From contig CANGXP010000004.1 of NCBI GenBank assembly GCA_947457935.1, positions 5,617 to 69,616 on the forward strand: a DNA stretch of 64,000 nt, written 5' to 3'. Below the pieces are notes generated by a model. That model had not been told where the DNA came from and did not search any database. It worked only from the letters and a program-made list of their open reading frames with translations. The translations under genes and the position numbers were made by a program. Shown in pieces: positions 35,419-43,855 of this stretch; the first letter of the stretch is position 1; every line of letters starts with the position of its first letter. This DNA comes from Alphaproteobacteria bacterium. GTDB taxonomy: Bacteria > Pseudomonadota > Alphaproteobacteria > JAJTHO01 > CANGXP01.

Positions 35419-36021
35419 ATGACTAGCTCCCTCATCCTCGCCACCCACAATCAAGGCAAAGTGCGTGAATTGGGCGCACTGTTGCAACCGCTGGGCTTTA
35501 GCGTCACGGCCGCTGGCAATCTCGGTGTCACAGAACCCGAAGAAACAGAAAATACCTTTGCAGGCAATGCGCTTTTAAAAGCAAAACATACCTGTAACGC
35601 AACAAATCTGCCGTCTTTAGCCGATGACTCAGGACTGTGCGTTCCTGCCCTTAACAACGCCCCTGGTATTTATTCCGCCCGTTGGGCAGGCGAACACAAG
35701 GACTTTACGCTTGCGATGCAGCGTGTAGAAAACGAGCTGAAAGCCTTGCAAAATAACGATTACAGCGCATATTTTGTTTGCGCTTTGGCATTATGCTTAC
35801 CAAATGGTGAGCAGCACGTTTTTGAGGGCAGAATTGACGGGACACTTACCTTCCCACCCCGCGGCGATAAAGGCTTTGGCTATGACCCGATTTTTATTCC
35901 AACGGGATATACGCAAACATTCGCGGAAATGAATCCTGCGGAAAAACATGCTCTAAGCCACAGAGCGCGGGCGTTTGAGAAGTTTGTGGCGTTTATTGCT
36001 GCAAATAAAACAGTCGTTTGA
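35419..36021 (+). CDS. rdgB: Non-canonical purine NTP pyrophosphatase
   Basis: ATHNQGK, ADDSGL, GFGYDPIF, SHRARA. Confidence 0.95.
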   Translation: MTSSLILATHNQGKVRELGALLQPLGFSVTAAGNLGVTEPEETENTFAGNALLKAKHTCNATNLPSLADDSGLCVPALNNAPGIYSARWAGEHKDFTLAMQRVENELKALQNNDYSAYFVCALALCLPNGEQHVFEGRIDGTLTFPPRGDKGFGYDPIFIPTGYTQTFAEMNPAEKHALSHRARAFEKFVAFIAANKTVV

Positions 36022-36910
36022 TTTCCTTGCGCGACCGCGCCAAGCTATCTAGAATCATCCCGCAAAAAAAACTTAAAAACGCCAGAATCATAATTCCTGT
36101 TGCAAGAATAGCTGTCGGAAAACGCGGAACCAGACCCGTTGCAAGATACTCGCTAATGACGGGAATGCTCAATAGAATAGATATACTCGCAAGGCATATA
36201 GCCCCCAAACTAAAAAATAAGAACGGGCGTACTTCTTTAAACAACACCATAATACGTAAGAGGATCCTAAAACCATCTCGAAAGGTGCGGAGTTTACTGG
36301 TTGATCCTTCAGGACGCGCTGCATACTCCAGCGGCACTTCCATGATAGGGAGCTTTAGCTCAAGGGCATGAATACTCAAATCTGTTTCCACCTCAAAGCC
36401 CACGCTAGACTTAGGAAATGTTTTGACAAACCTACGGGAAAACACCCGATACCCTGAAAAAATGTCTTTCAAATTACTCTGGAACAAATGACGAAACAGG
36501 CGGTTAAACACGCGATTACCAAACTGGTGATAATGCCGAAACGCGGCATCTGCCAGTGGCTTTCGTGCGCCAATAACCATGTCAAGCTGGTTATCAATCA
36601 ACAGCTTAATGAGCATGGAAGCCTTGCTGGCATCGTAGGTTAAATCCCCATCCGCCATGACGTAAATATCGGCCTCAATATCCGCAAACATACGGCGCAC
36701 CACACTGCCCTTGCCTTGCCGCAATTCTTTGCGCACAATCGCCCCTGCTTTGGTTGCCTCAGCAATGGTGTTATCTGTTGAATTGTTATCGTACACATAC
36801 ACCAACGCGCCCGCCAAGTGCTGCTGAAAACTTTTTACAACGGCGGCAATCGTCTTTTCCTCGTTATAACAAGGCAATAAGACGGCAATTTTTTGTTCTG
36901 TTAAAATCAT
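35993..36910 (-). CDS. GT2 glycosyltransferase (DPM-synthase-like)
   Basis: PCYNEE, DNNSTD, DGD, SGYR, two C-terminal TMs. Confidence 0.9.
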   Translation of the reverse strand: MILTEQKIAVLLPCYNEEKTIAAVVKSFQQHLAGALVYVYDNNSTDNTIAEATKAGAIVRKELRQGKGSVVRRMFADIEADIYVMADGDLTYDASKASMLIKLLIDNQLDMVIGARKPLADAAFRHYHQFGNRVFNRLFRHLFQSNLKDIFSGYRVFSRRFVKTFPKSSVGFEVETDLSIHALELKLPIMEVPLEYAARPEGSTSKLRTFRDGFRILLRIMVLFKEVRPFLFFSLGAICLASISILLSIPVISEYLATGLVPRFPTAILATGIMILAFLSFFCGMILDSLARSRKEIKRLFYLQQ

Positions 36911-36968
36911 AGCTAATCGTTAATTTTACCCTGCGCGAACCCATTATATTTATCCAGCATTGAAAATA

Positions 36969-36984
36969 TGTTTCACGTGAAACA
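36969..36984. promoter_or_regulatory. parS centromere-like site
   Basis: Perfect consensus TGTTTCACGTGAAACA. Confidence 0.85.
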
Positions 36985-37086
36985 TTGTTTTCACGGCAGA
37001 ATAGAGCCAAATTTTTGGAAATTCATGCTTTTTTAACAAACACGATTTTCCCGTATCTTGACATAAAAAGGTTAATCTAACGTAAT

Positions 37087-37209
37087 GCAGGTGAAGTATT
37101 TTTGAGGAATTTTTAGGCAGACAAACACGAAAAAGCGGAGTGTATTAAATATACATGAGCATTTTGAGTGGTTGTCTAACAACAAAATTACCAAAAAGAC
37201 GAGCACTGC
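37087..37209. mobile_element. RPE-like palindromic element, subfamily B2
   Basis: Shares gcaggtgaag...acgaaaaa...tctaac...aaaaagacgagcactgc with 43708-43847. Confidence 0.8.
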
Positions 37210-37255
37210 CAAGGAGAGCTTGCACAATTTGCGTAAATCCGTCAAATATTCTACC

Positions 37256-38596
37256 ATGGAATCACTCAACTTTTCTGTTCTTGTGCTGGCGGCGGGCAAG
37301 GGGACGCGGATGCGCTCAACGCTGCCAAAAGTGATGCACCCGTTAGCGGGCTTGCCGCTTATTCGCCATGTTCTGAACGCCGCAGAAACGCTTACTCCCA
37401 AGCAAATTTCTGTGTTGATTGGTGAAGAAATGGCGGATGTTGCCGCAGTGTCAAAACCGCATAAAACACTTCTACAAAAAGATCGCCTCGGCACAGGGCA
37501 CGCGGTGCAGCAAGGCGTTGCAGGCGGCGCATTGGCGGAGGCAGAGGCGTTGGTGGTGCTCTATGGCGATACGCCGCTCATCACGCCCGATACCATTCAA
37601 GCAATGCTTGCAAAATTATCACAAAATCCTGAAGCAGCGCTTGTTGTATTGGGATTTCACACGGCAACACCAACGGGCTATGGGCGATTAGTGGTGGAGC
37701 ATGGCGCATTACAACGGATTGTTGAAGAAAAAGAAGCCTCTGAAGTTGAGAAAAAAATCACCTTCTGCAACGCAGGGATTATGCTGTTTAGAAGCAACGT
37801 GTTGCCCGAACTCCTCGCAAAACTAGATAATAATAACCAGAAACAAGAATATTACCTTACCGATACTATCCACCATGCGCGCAACGCGGGGTATACCTGC
37901 CTCACGGTAGAGGCAACAGCAGAAGAAGTGTTGGGCATTAATTCCAAGGCGGAATTGGCGCAAGCAGAAAACATTCTGCAGCAACAGCTTCGCGCACAAG
38001 CCCTTGAACAGGGCGTTACATTGATTGTCCCTGAAACGGTGTTCCTCTCAAAAGACACCACCTTTGGGGGTGACGTGGTAATTGAACCGAATGTGTTTAT
38101 TGGCGCAAACGTGCATTTAGCAGATGGCGTGCATATCAAGGCATTTTCCCACCTTGAGGGGGCAACTATCGGTGCACATTCAACAGTAGGGCCTTTTGCG
38201 AGACTCCGTGCAGGGACTGTATTAGGCAAAAACGTCAAAATCGGTAATTTTGTTGAAACCAAAAAAGCCACTTTTGGCGATGAAGCGAAAGCCAGCCATT
38301 TAAGCTACATTGGCGATGCAACGGTAGGTAACCATGCCAACATTGGTGCGGGCACGATAACCTGTAATTACAATGGCTTTACCAAGGCGGAAACGGTGAT
38401 TGGGGAGGGCGTTTTTGTGGGGTCAAACACCGCGCTTGTTGCGCCCATCACCCTTGAAAAAGGAGCGATTATTGGCGCAGGCAGCACCATTACCCAAAAT
38501 GTACCAGCGGATAGTCTGAGCCTTACCCGCCCCCCGCAAACAATCATAACAGGCTGGGCAACAGCATTTCGAGCACGATTTAAAAAAGAGATATAA
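37256..38596 (+). CDS. glmU: Bifunctional GlmU
   Basis: LAAGKGTRM.S.LPKV, EYYLTD, hexapeptide repeats; start ATG 37256. Confidence 0.97.
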   Translation: MESLNFSVLVLAAGKGTRMRSTLPKVMHPLAGLPLIRHVLNAAETLTPKQISVLIGEEMADVAAVSKPHKTLLQKDRLGTGHAVQQGVAGGALAEAEALVVLYGDTPLITPDTIQAMLAKLSQNPEAALVVLGFHTATPTGYGRLVVEHGALQRIVEEKEASEVEKKITFCNAGIMLFRSNVLPELLAKLDNNNQKQEYYLTDTIHHARNAGYTCLTVEATAEEVLGINSKAELAQAENILQQQLRAQALEQGVTLIVPETVFLSKDTTFGGDVVIEPNVFIGANVHLADGVHIKAFSHLEGATIGAHSTVGPFARLRAGTVLGKNVKIGNFVETKKATFGDEAKASHLSYIGDATVGNHANIGAGTITCNYNGFTKAETVIGEGVFVGSNTALVAPITLEKGAIIGAGSTITQNVPADSLSLTRPPQTIITGWATAFRARFKKEI

Positions 38597-38600
38597 ATTT

Positions 38601-40436
38601 ATGTGTGGCATCATCGGCATTATTTCCAAAGCAACCCCTGCTACCCCGATGATTGTGGAGGCATTGAAACGCCTTGAGTATCGCGGGTATGACTCCGCAG
38701 GGATTGCAACGCTTGACAACGGGCATATCACCCGTGCGCGCGCCATGGGCAAAATCACGAACCTTGAAAAAGTCCTACAAGAACAGCCTTTACACGGCAC
38801 TATCGGCATTGGGCATACCCGTTGGGCAACGCATGGCGCACCCAGTGAAAATAACGCGCACCCCCATGCAACGGAGAAAGTCGCCGTAGTGCATAATGGG
38901 ATTATTGAAAATTTCGCCGCCCTCAAGGCAGAATTGGTTGCAAAGGGGCATGTTTTTACGAGTGAGACAGACACGGAAGTTGTCGCGCATCTCCTGACTG
39001 ATTTTCTGAATAATGGGCATAGCCCCGAACAAGCGATGGCAGCGACGACTAAACATCTGCATGGTGCATTTGCGCTTGCTGTGTTGTTTAAGGGGCATGA
39101 AGAAATGCTGATGGGCGCGCGGCGGGGCAGTCCGCTGGTGGTGGGCTATGGCGATAACGCCATGTATTTAGGATCAGATGCGCTCGCCCTTGCGCCGCTC
39201 ACGCAACGCATCAGCTACCTGCAAGAAGACGATTGGGTGATTCTTCGCAGCGATGGCGTAGAGATTTTTGATAGCGCAGGAACACCCGTTCATCGGGAGA
39301 TTGTCTTGAGTGGTTTGACGGGGGCGATGATTGGCAAGGGTCGGCATCGACACTACATGCAAAAAGAAATTTATGAGCAACCCACCGTGTTGGGGGATAC
39401 GCTGCAAGCGTTTCTCAACCCTGTGGATAGCAGGTTGCGCTTGCCTCATATGCCGTTCGCGCTCAATGATTTTGACGATGTCTCTATCATCGCGTGCGGC
39501 ACGTCGTTTCATGCAGGGGTTGTCGCGAAATATTGGTTTGAACAGGTGGCGGGATTGCGTACACGGGTTGATATTGCCTCCGAATATCGCTATCGTCCGT
39601 TTGTGGAAAGCCACCGCACCCTTTGTATCTTTATTTCTCAATCAGGGGAAACAGCGGATACACTGGCAGCGCTTCGGTATGCCAAAGAAAACGGGCAGAA
39701 AACCCTTGCGATTGTGAACGTGCCCAGCAGCACCATGGCGCGAGAGGCAGATAGCGTTCTCGTGACACTGGCAGGCCCCGAGATTGGCGTTGCTTCCACC
39801 AAAGCCTTCACAACGCAGCTAATGATTCTCGCCATTCTTGCCATGCGCTTTGCGGTGGAACGGCAGAAAATAACCGCGCAAGAGGCAGTTCTCCTTACTG
39901 ATGCTTTATTGAAACTCCCTGAGCAATGCAGCTGCATTTTAAAACTCAATACGGATTTCCTAAGAATTGCCGAAGAAATACTGCACGCTCGCGATGTGTT
40001 GTTTATTGGGCGCGGCGGGCAATATCCCATTGCCTTAGAGGGTGCGTTAAAACTGAAAGAATTATCGTATATTCATGCAGAGGGGTTGGCGGCGGGGGAA
40101 TTAAAACACGGCTCTATCGCGCTGATTGATGAAGCGGTGCCGATTATCGCTCTTGCGCCCAAAGACGCGCTGTTTGAAAAGTCCGCCAGTAACATTCAAG
40201 AAATTATCGCTCGCAAAGGCAAAGTGATTTTGCTGAGTGATAAAGAGGGACTTGCCGCGTTTGCAGCGGAAGGCAGCACACTCCTTGCTACTGTTGCGTT
40301 GCCAACCGTTCACAGCTTTACCGCACCGATTATCTACACCCTGCCTGTGCAATTCCTTGCTTATCACATTGCCGTGCTAAAAGGCACGGATGTTGACCAA
40401 CCACGGAATTTAGCAAAAAGCGTCACGGTGGAGTAG
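38601..40436 (+). CDS. glmS: Glucosamine-fructose-6-phosphate aminotransferase
   Basis: MCGIIG, LEYRGYDSAG, PRNLAKSVTVE. Confidence 0.99.
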   Translation: MCGIIGIISKATPATPMIVEALKRLEYRGYDSAGIATLDNGHITRARAMGKITNLEKVLQEQPLHGTIGIGHTRWATHGAPSENNAHPHATEKVAVVHNGIIENFAALKAELVAKGHVFTSETDTEVVAHLLTDFLNNGHSPEQAMAATTKHLHGAFALAVLFKGHEEMLMGARRGSPLVVGYGDNAMYLGSDALALAPLTQRISYLQEDDWVILRSDGVEIFDSAGTPVHREIVLSGLTGAMIGKGRHRHYMQKEIYEQPTVLGDTLQAFLNPVDSRLRLPHMPFALNDFDDVSIIACGTSFHAGVVAKYWFEQVAGLRTRVDIASEYRYRPFVESHRTLCIFISQSGETADTLAALRYAKENGQKTLAIVNVPSSTMAREADSVLVTLAGPEIGVASTKAFTTQLMILAILAMRFAVERQKITAQEAVLLTDALLKLPEQCSCILKLNTDFLRIAEEILHARDVLFIGRGGQYPIALEGALKLKELSYIHAEGLAAGELKHGSIALIDEAVPIIALAPKDALFEKSASNIQEIIARKGKVILLSDKEGLAAFAAEGSTLLATVALPTVHSFTAPIIYTLPVQFLAYHIAVLKGTDVDQPRNLAKSVTVE

Positions 40437-40448
40437 GGGGGGGGGCTG

Positions 40449-40958
40449 TTAGTACGCTTTCTGTTGTTGCCAAATGACAGGGGCAGGAGAAGATGGTTGA
40501 GTCCCTGCGTCAAAGAAAGTCGTATGGGGATAAAATTGCCTCAGAACAGCATTAGTAGCGGTTACTTTCCCCACAAGAAGATCCGTTTTACCGTCATCAA
40601 GCATCACGTTTGGTACTTGATTTGTCACTGCATTTAATACGCAGCGTTCGGCAATCCTGCTGCCGTTGAATAATTTAGTTATTTTTGATCTAGGAATCCC
40701 TTTTTCTCCTTCTTCAGTCTTCTCAAAGTCATCCGCATCATAAGTTACTAGAAATTCATTTACTGCTTTTTGTATTGCGGCAGGCTCACCTTTTAGACTA
40801 ATAGCTTGACGACACACTTGATTCGTTCTTTCGCCTTCTTGATGTGCATTCCAAAGATAATACCCTGTTCCTGCTATTATTGTTATTCCTATTCCTAGGA
40901 TAGACGACGTTACTTTTAAGGGGAATCTTTGAAAGGGGGTTGAAGGTTGATTTTTCAT
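40449..40958 (-). CDS. Hypothetical single-TM protein
   Basis: Long AT-rich ORF with an N-terminal hydrophobic segment; no recognised family. Confidence 0.55.
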   Translation of the reverse strand: MKNQPSTPFQRFPLKVTSSILGIGITIIAGTGYYLWNAHQEGERTNQVCRQAISLKGEPAAIQKAVNEFLVTYDADDFEKTEEGEKGIPRSKITKLFNGSRIAERCVLNAVTNQVPNVMLDDGKTDLLVGKVTATNAVLRQFYPHTTFFDAGTQPSSPAPVIWQQQKAY

Positions 40959-41083
40959 GATATGCGAATTTTTATAAAAAACTAAATATGCTTGATATAT
41001 AACACATAAAAAATAATTTGCAATACTTTTTATATACAAATTTTCTTATTGCTCTAAAAAAACAGTCTCGCTAGGAAAGAAGC

Positions 41084-42106
41084 ATGGTGTTTACAGTCTC
41101 TCCCCTCACACAGCGTCGGCTGCAGCGTTTTAAAGCCAATAAACGCGGGATGATCAGCTTGTGGATTTTTCTCACACTCTTTTTTGTTAGCTTACTATCT
41201 GAAATCATTGCAAATAACAAGCCGCTTTTAATTGCGCATCAGGGAAGTTTGTATTTTCCGTTTCTACAAGCCTATCCTGAAACCACGTTCGGCGGAGATT
41301 TTACCACGGAGGCAGACTATCACGATCCGTTCCTGCAAGAAAAAATCGCTAAAGATGGCTGGATGGTGTGGGCACCCATACGGTTTTCTTATAACACGAT
41401 CGATTATGAACTTGACCAACCTGCGCCCGCGCCGCCCTCTGCCAAACATTGGCTGGGCACGGATGATCAGGGGCGCGATGTGGTGGCGCGATTGCTGTAT
41501 GGGTTTCGACTGTCTGTATTGTTTGGGCTTGCGCTCACGCTGATTAGCTCTGTGATTGGTATTATGGCGGGCGCAATTCAAGGCTTTTTTGGCGGTATCA
41601 CAGATTTGATTTTTCAGCGTTTTATTGAGATTTGGAGCGGCTTGCCCACGCTCTATATCCTGATTATTCTTGCGAGTTTCATCACGCCCACATTCGGCTG
41701 GCTGTTGTTAATTATGATTTTGTTTAGCTGGATGAGTTTAGTGGGGGTTGTTCGTGCAGAATTCTTGAAAGCGCGAAACTATGACTTTGTCCGCGCCGCA
41801 AAAGCCCTCGGCGTGCCGAGTTTCACCCTGATGCATCGGCATATCCTCCCCAATGCCATGGTGGCGGCTCTTACATTCTTACCCTTCATTCTTAATGGGG
41901 CAATTATCACCCTCACTGCCTTGGATTTCCTAGGGTTTGGGCTGCCTGCAAGCTCTCCCTCGCTCGGCGATATTGTGGCGCAAGGCAAAGCGAATCTGCA
42001 AGCACCATGGCTCGGCATATCTGCTTTTCTAACGCTCGCTATACTACTCAGCACCTTGATTTTTATTGGCGAAGCGGTGCGCGATGCGTTTGATACGCGG
42101 CGGTAG
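41084..42106 (+). CDS. yejE: ABC peptide transporter permease (YejE-like)
   Basis: YPETTFGG.F, LGTDDQGRDV, EFLKARN, GEAVRDAFD. Confidence 0.88.
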   Translation: MVFTVSPLTQRRLQRFKANKRGMISLWIFLTLFFVSLLSEIIANNKPLLIAHQGSLYFPFLQAYPETTFGGDFTTEADYHDPFLQEKIAKDGWMVWAPIRFSYNTIDYELDQPAPAPPSAKHWLGTDDQGRDVVARLLYGFRLSVLFGLALTLISSVIGIMAGAIQGFFGGITDLIFQRFIEIWSGLPTLYILIILASFITPTFGWLLLIMILFSWMSLVGVVRAEFLKARNYDFVRAAKALGVPSFTLMHRHILPNAMVAALTFLPFILNGAIITLTALDFLGFGLPASSPSLGDIVAQGKANLQAPWLGISAFLTLAILLSTLIFIGEAVRDAFDTRR

Positions 42107-42114
42107 AAAACCTT

Positions 42115-42240
42115 ATACCAACCCAAGAAAATTTCTGATATTTAGGCGAGCGGATCTAAGCTAAATGGAGTTGGCTAAAGCCAATGACTGCAGCCGAAAA
42201 TGTGGCGCAGCCAAATAGCAGGAATTTAATGGGTTTGGTT
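42115..42240. mobile_element. RPE-like palindromic element, subfamily B1 (intergenic copy)
   Basis: Colinear with the pyrC insert, including the exact 29-mer GCCGAAAATGTGGCGCAGCCAAATAGCAG. Confidence 0.88.
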
Positions 42241-42241
42241 T

Positions 42242-43696
42242 TTACTTCTCCCGCGCTGCTTCACTCAACGTGCCCACAATCGGTGATAACAAGAAATTGA
42301 TAATACGGCGTTTCTCAATTTTTATCTCAATCGTTATTGCCATCCCCGGTTGCAGCAACACGGTTTCACCTTTTCCAAAGAGCGTATTTTTCTCCATCGA
42401 GGCATTGATTTTGAATAAATACCCTAGCTTATCATCTTTAATCGCATCATTGGAAACATGCAGTACTTTTGCGGGGATGGTGCCATAGGACGTAAACGGA
42501 AACGCCTCAACCTTCACGGTTGCTTCATTGCCAGCGCGAATACCGCCCCTATCACGGTTTAAAAGCTGCGCTTCTACTTCTAATTTTGCATCAATCGGCA
42601 CAATAAACAGCAAGTCTTGGGCGGGATTCACAACGGAACCAACGGTGGTTACAACGAGCTGCTGTACATAACCATCTATCGGCGCGGTAAGGCGTGTTTG
42701 GAACGATCTGTCTTCTGCTTTCAAGAGTTCTTGCTTGAACGCAATAGATTTATCTTGTGCCTCGCGCAACTCTTGCAGGCGTGTACGCTTAAATTCACTT
42801 TCGGCTTGCGCTAGTTTTTGCCGTTGCTGTTCAACTTGTTCTATCACAGACGCAAGTTTGCTCTTGCTCACTTCCAAATCTTGCTGGGCTTCCACGAGTT
42901 GCTGTTGAATTTCAAGCGCATTGGCACGACTCGAAAGGCGTTTGTTGGATAAAGACATGCTACTTTCCGCCCGTTCTCGTATCAGCGGAATGGTCGCTTG
43001 CAAGCGTTTAATATCTGCGCCTAATCCTTTTTTCTCTGCCTCGCCTTGGCGCACGGCAGCCGCTAAATCTGCCGCTCTTGCTTTGAATTCTTGAGATTGC
43101 GAAAGCATCAACGATTCTTGCGTGGTAATTTGCGCCGCATTTGCTTCAACAGGCGGTTTAAAATGCTTTTGTGGATTGAGCGGGTTTTCTGCTAACGCTG
43201 CCAACCGCGCTACATCTAAAGTAGACAGAATATAGCTTTCCTTGAGGCGCGCTTTATCCGCATTACTATCTGTGGGGTTAAGCTCAATCAGCACATCGCC
43301 TTTTTTAACACGATCCCCCTCTTTCACATTAATGGCGTTCACAATGCCGCGCTCAAGCGGTTGAATCACCTTTGTGTAGCCTGAAGGAATAATTTTGCCT
43401 TGCGCTGTTACCACCACATCCGTTGTGCCAAAAATTGACCACACCAATGCAAAGGTGAACATACTGATAATAATCCAAATCGTCCACCGTGCGGTAGGCG
43501 AGGGGGGTGTTTCGATAATCTCCACCGCCGCTGGCAAAAATTCCAGTTCATGCTTGGTGCGTTGCAAAATAACGCGCTGATTATCATCTATACGCGCTTG
43601 CTTCCACACGTCTACATAGCCTGCCAATTTGCTGTAAGCATACCATTCCTGCAGTCGTTCTTTATAGTTTTTATAAATCGTTTTGATTTTTTTCAT
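42242..43696 (-). CDS. HlyD-family type I secretion adaptor
   Basis: EFLPAA.EI.ETP, V.EGD.V..GDVL, APIDG.V, VEAFP...YG, PGM. Confidence 0.93.
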   Translation of the reverse strand: MKKIKTIYKNYKERLQEWYAYSKLAGYVDVWKQARIDDNQRVILQRTKHELEFLPAAVEIIETPPSPTARWTIWIIISMFTFALVWSIFGTTDVVVTAQGKIIPSGYTKVIQPLERGIVNAINVKEGDRVKKGDVLIELNPTDSNADKARLKESYILSTLDVARLAALAENPLNPQKHFKPPVEANAAQITTQESLMLSQSQEFKARAADLAAAVRQGEAEKKGLGADIKRLQATIPLIRERAESSMSLSNKRLSSRANALEIQQQLVEAQQDLEVSKSKLASVIEQVEQQRQKLAQAESEFKRTRLQELREAQDKSIAFKQELLKAEDRSFQTRLTAPIDGYVQQLVVTTVGSVVNPAQDLLFIVPIDAKLEVEAQLLNRDRGGIRAGNEATVKVEAFPFTSYGTIPAKVLHVSNDAIKDDKLGYLFKINASMEKNTLFGKGETVLLQPGMAITIEIKIEKRRIINFLLSPIVGTLSEAAREK

Positions 43697-43707
43697 AATT
43701 CATGACG

Positions 43708-43847
43708 GGAGTTACGCAGGTGAAGAATTTTTTGATGATTTCAAGGAAGAAAACTACGAAAAAACGTAAGTTTACACAAGGTAAATGCGGCTTTTGAGAA
43801 GTTTTCTAACGATGAAAGGGCAAAAAAGACGAGCACTGCGTAACTCC
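43708..43847. mobile_element. RPE-like palindromic element, subfamily B2, inside the T1SS operon
   Basis: Perfect 12-bp terminal IR GGAGTTACGCAG/CTGCGTAACTCC; 140 bp. Confidence 0.88.
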
Positions 43848-43855
43848 TTGCATTT

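Noticed and set aside
40436-40460. Tn7 insertion at glmS
   Set aside because: No Tn7 ends, target duplication or tns genes seen
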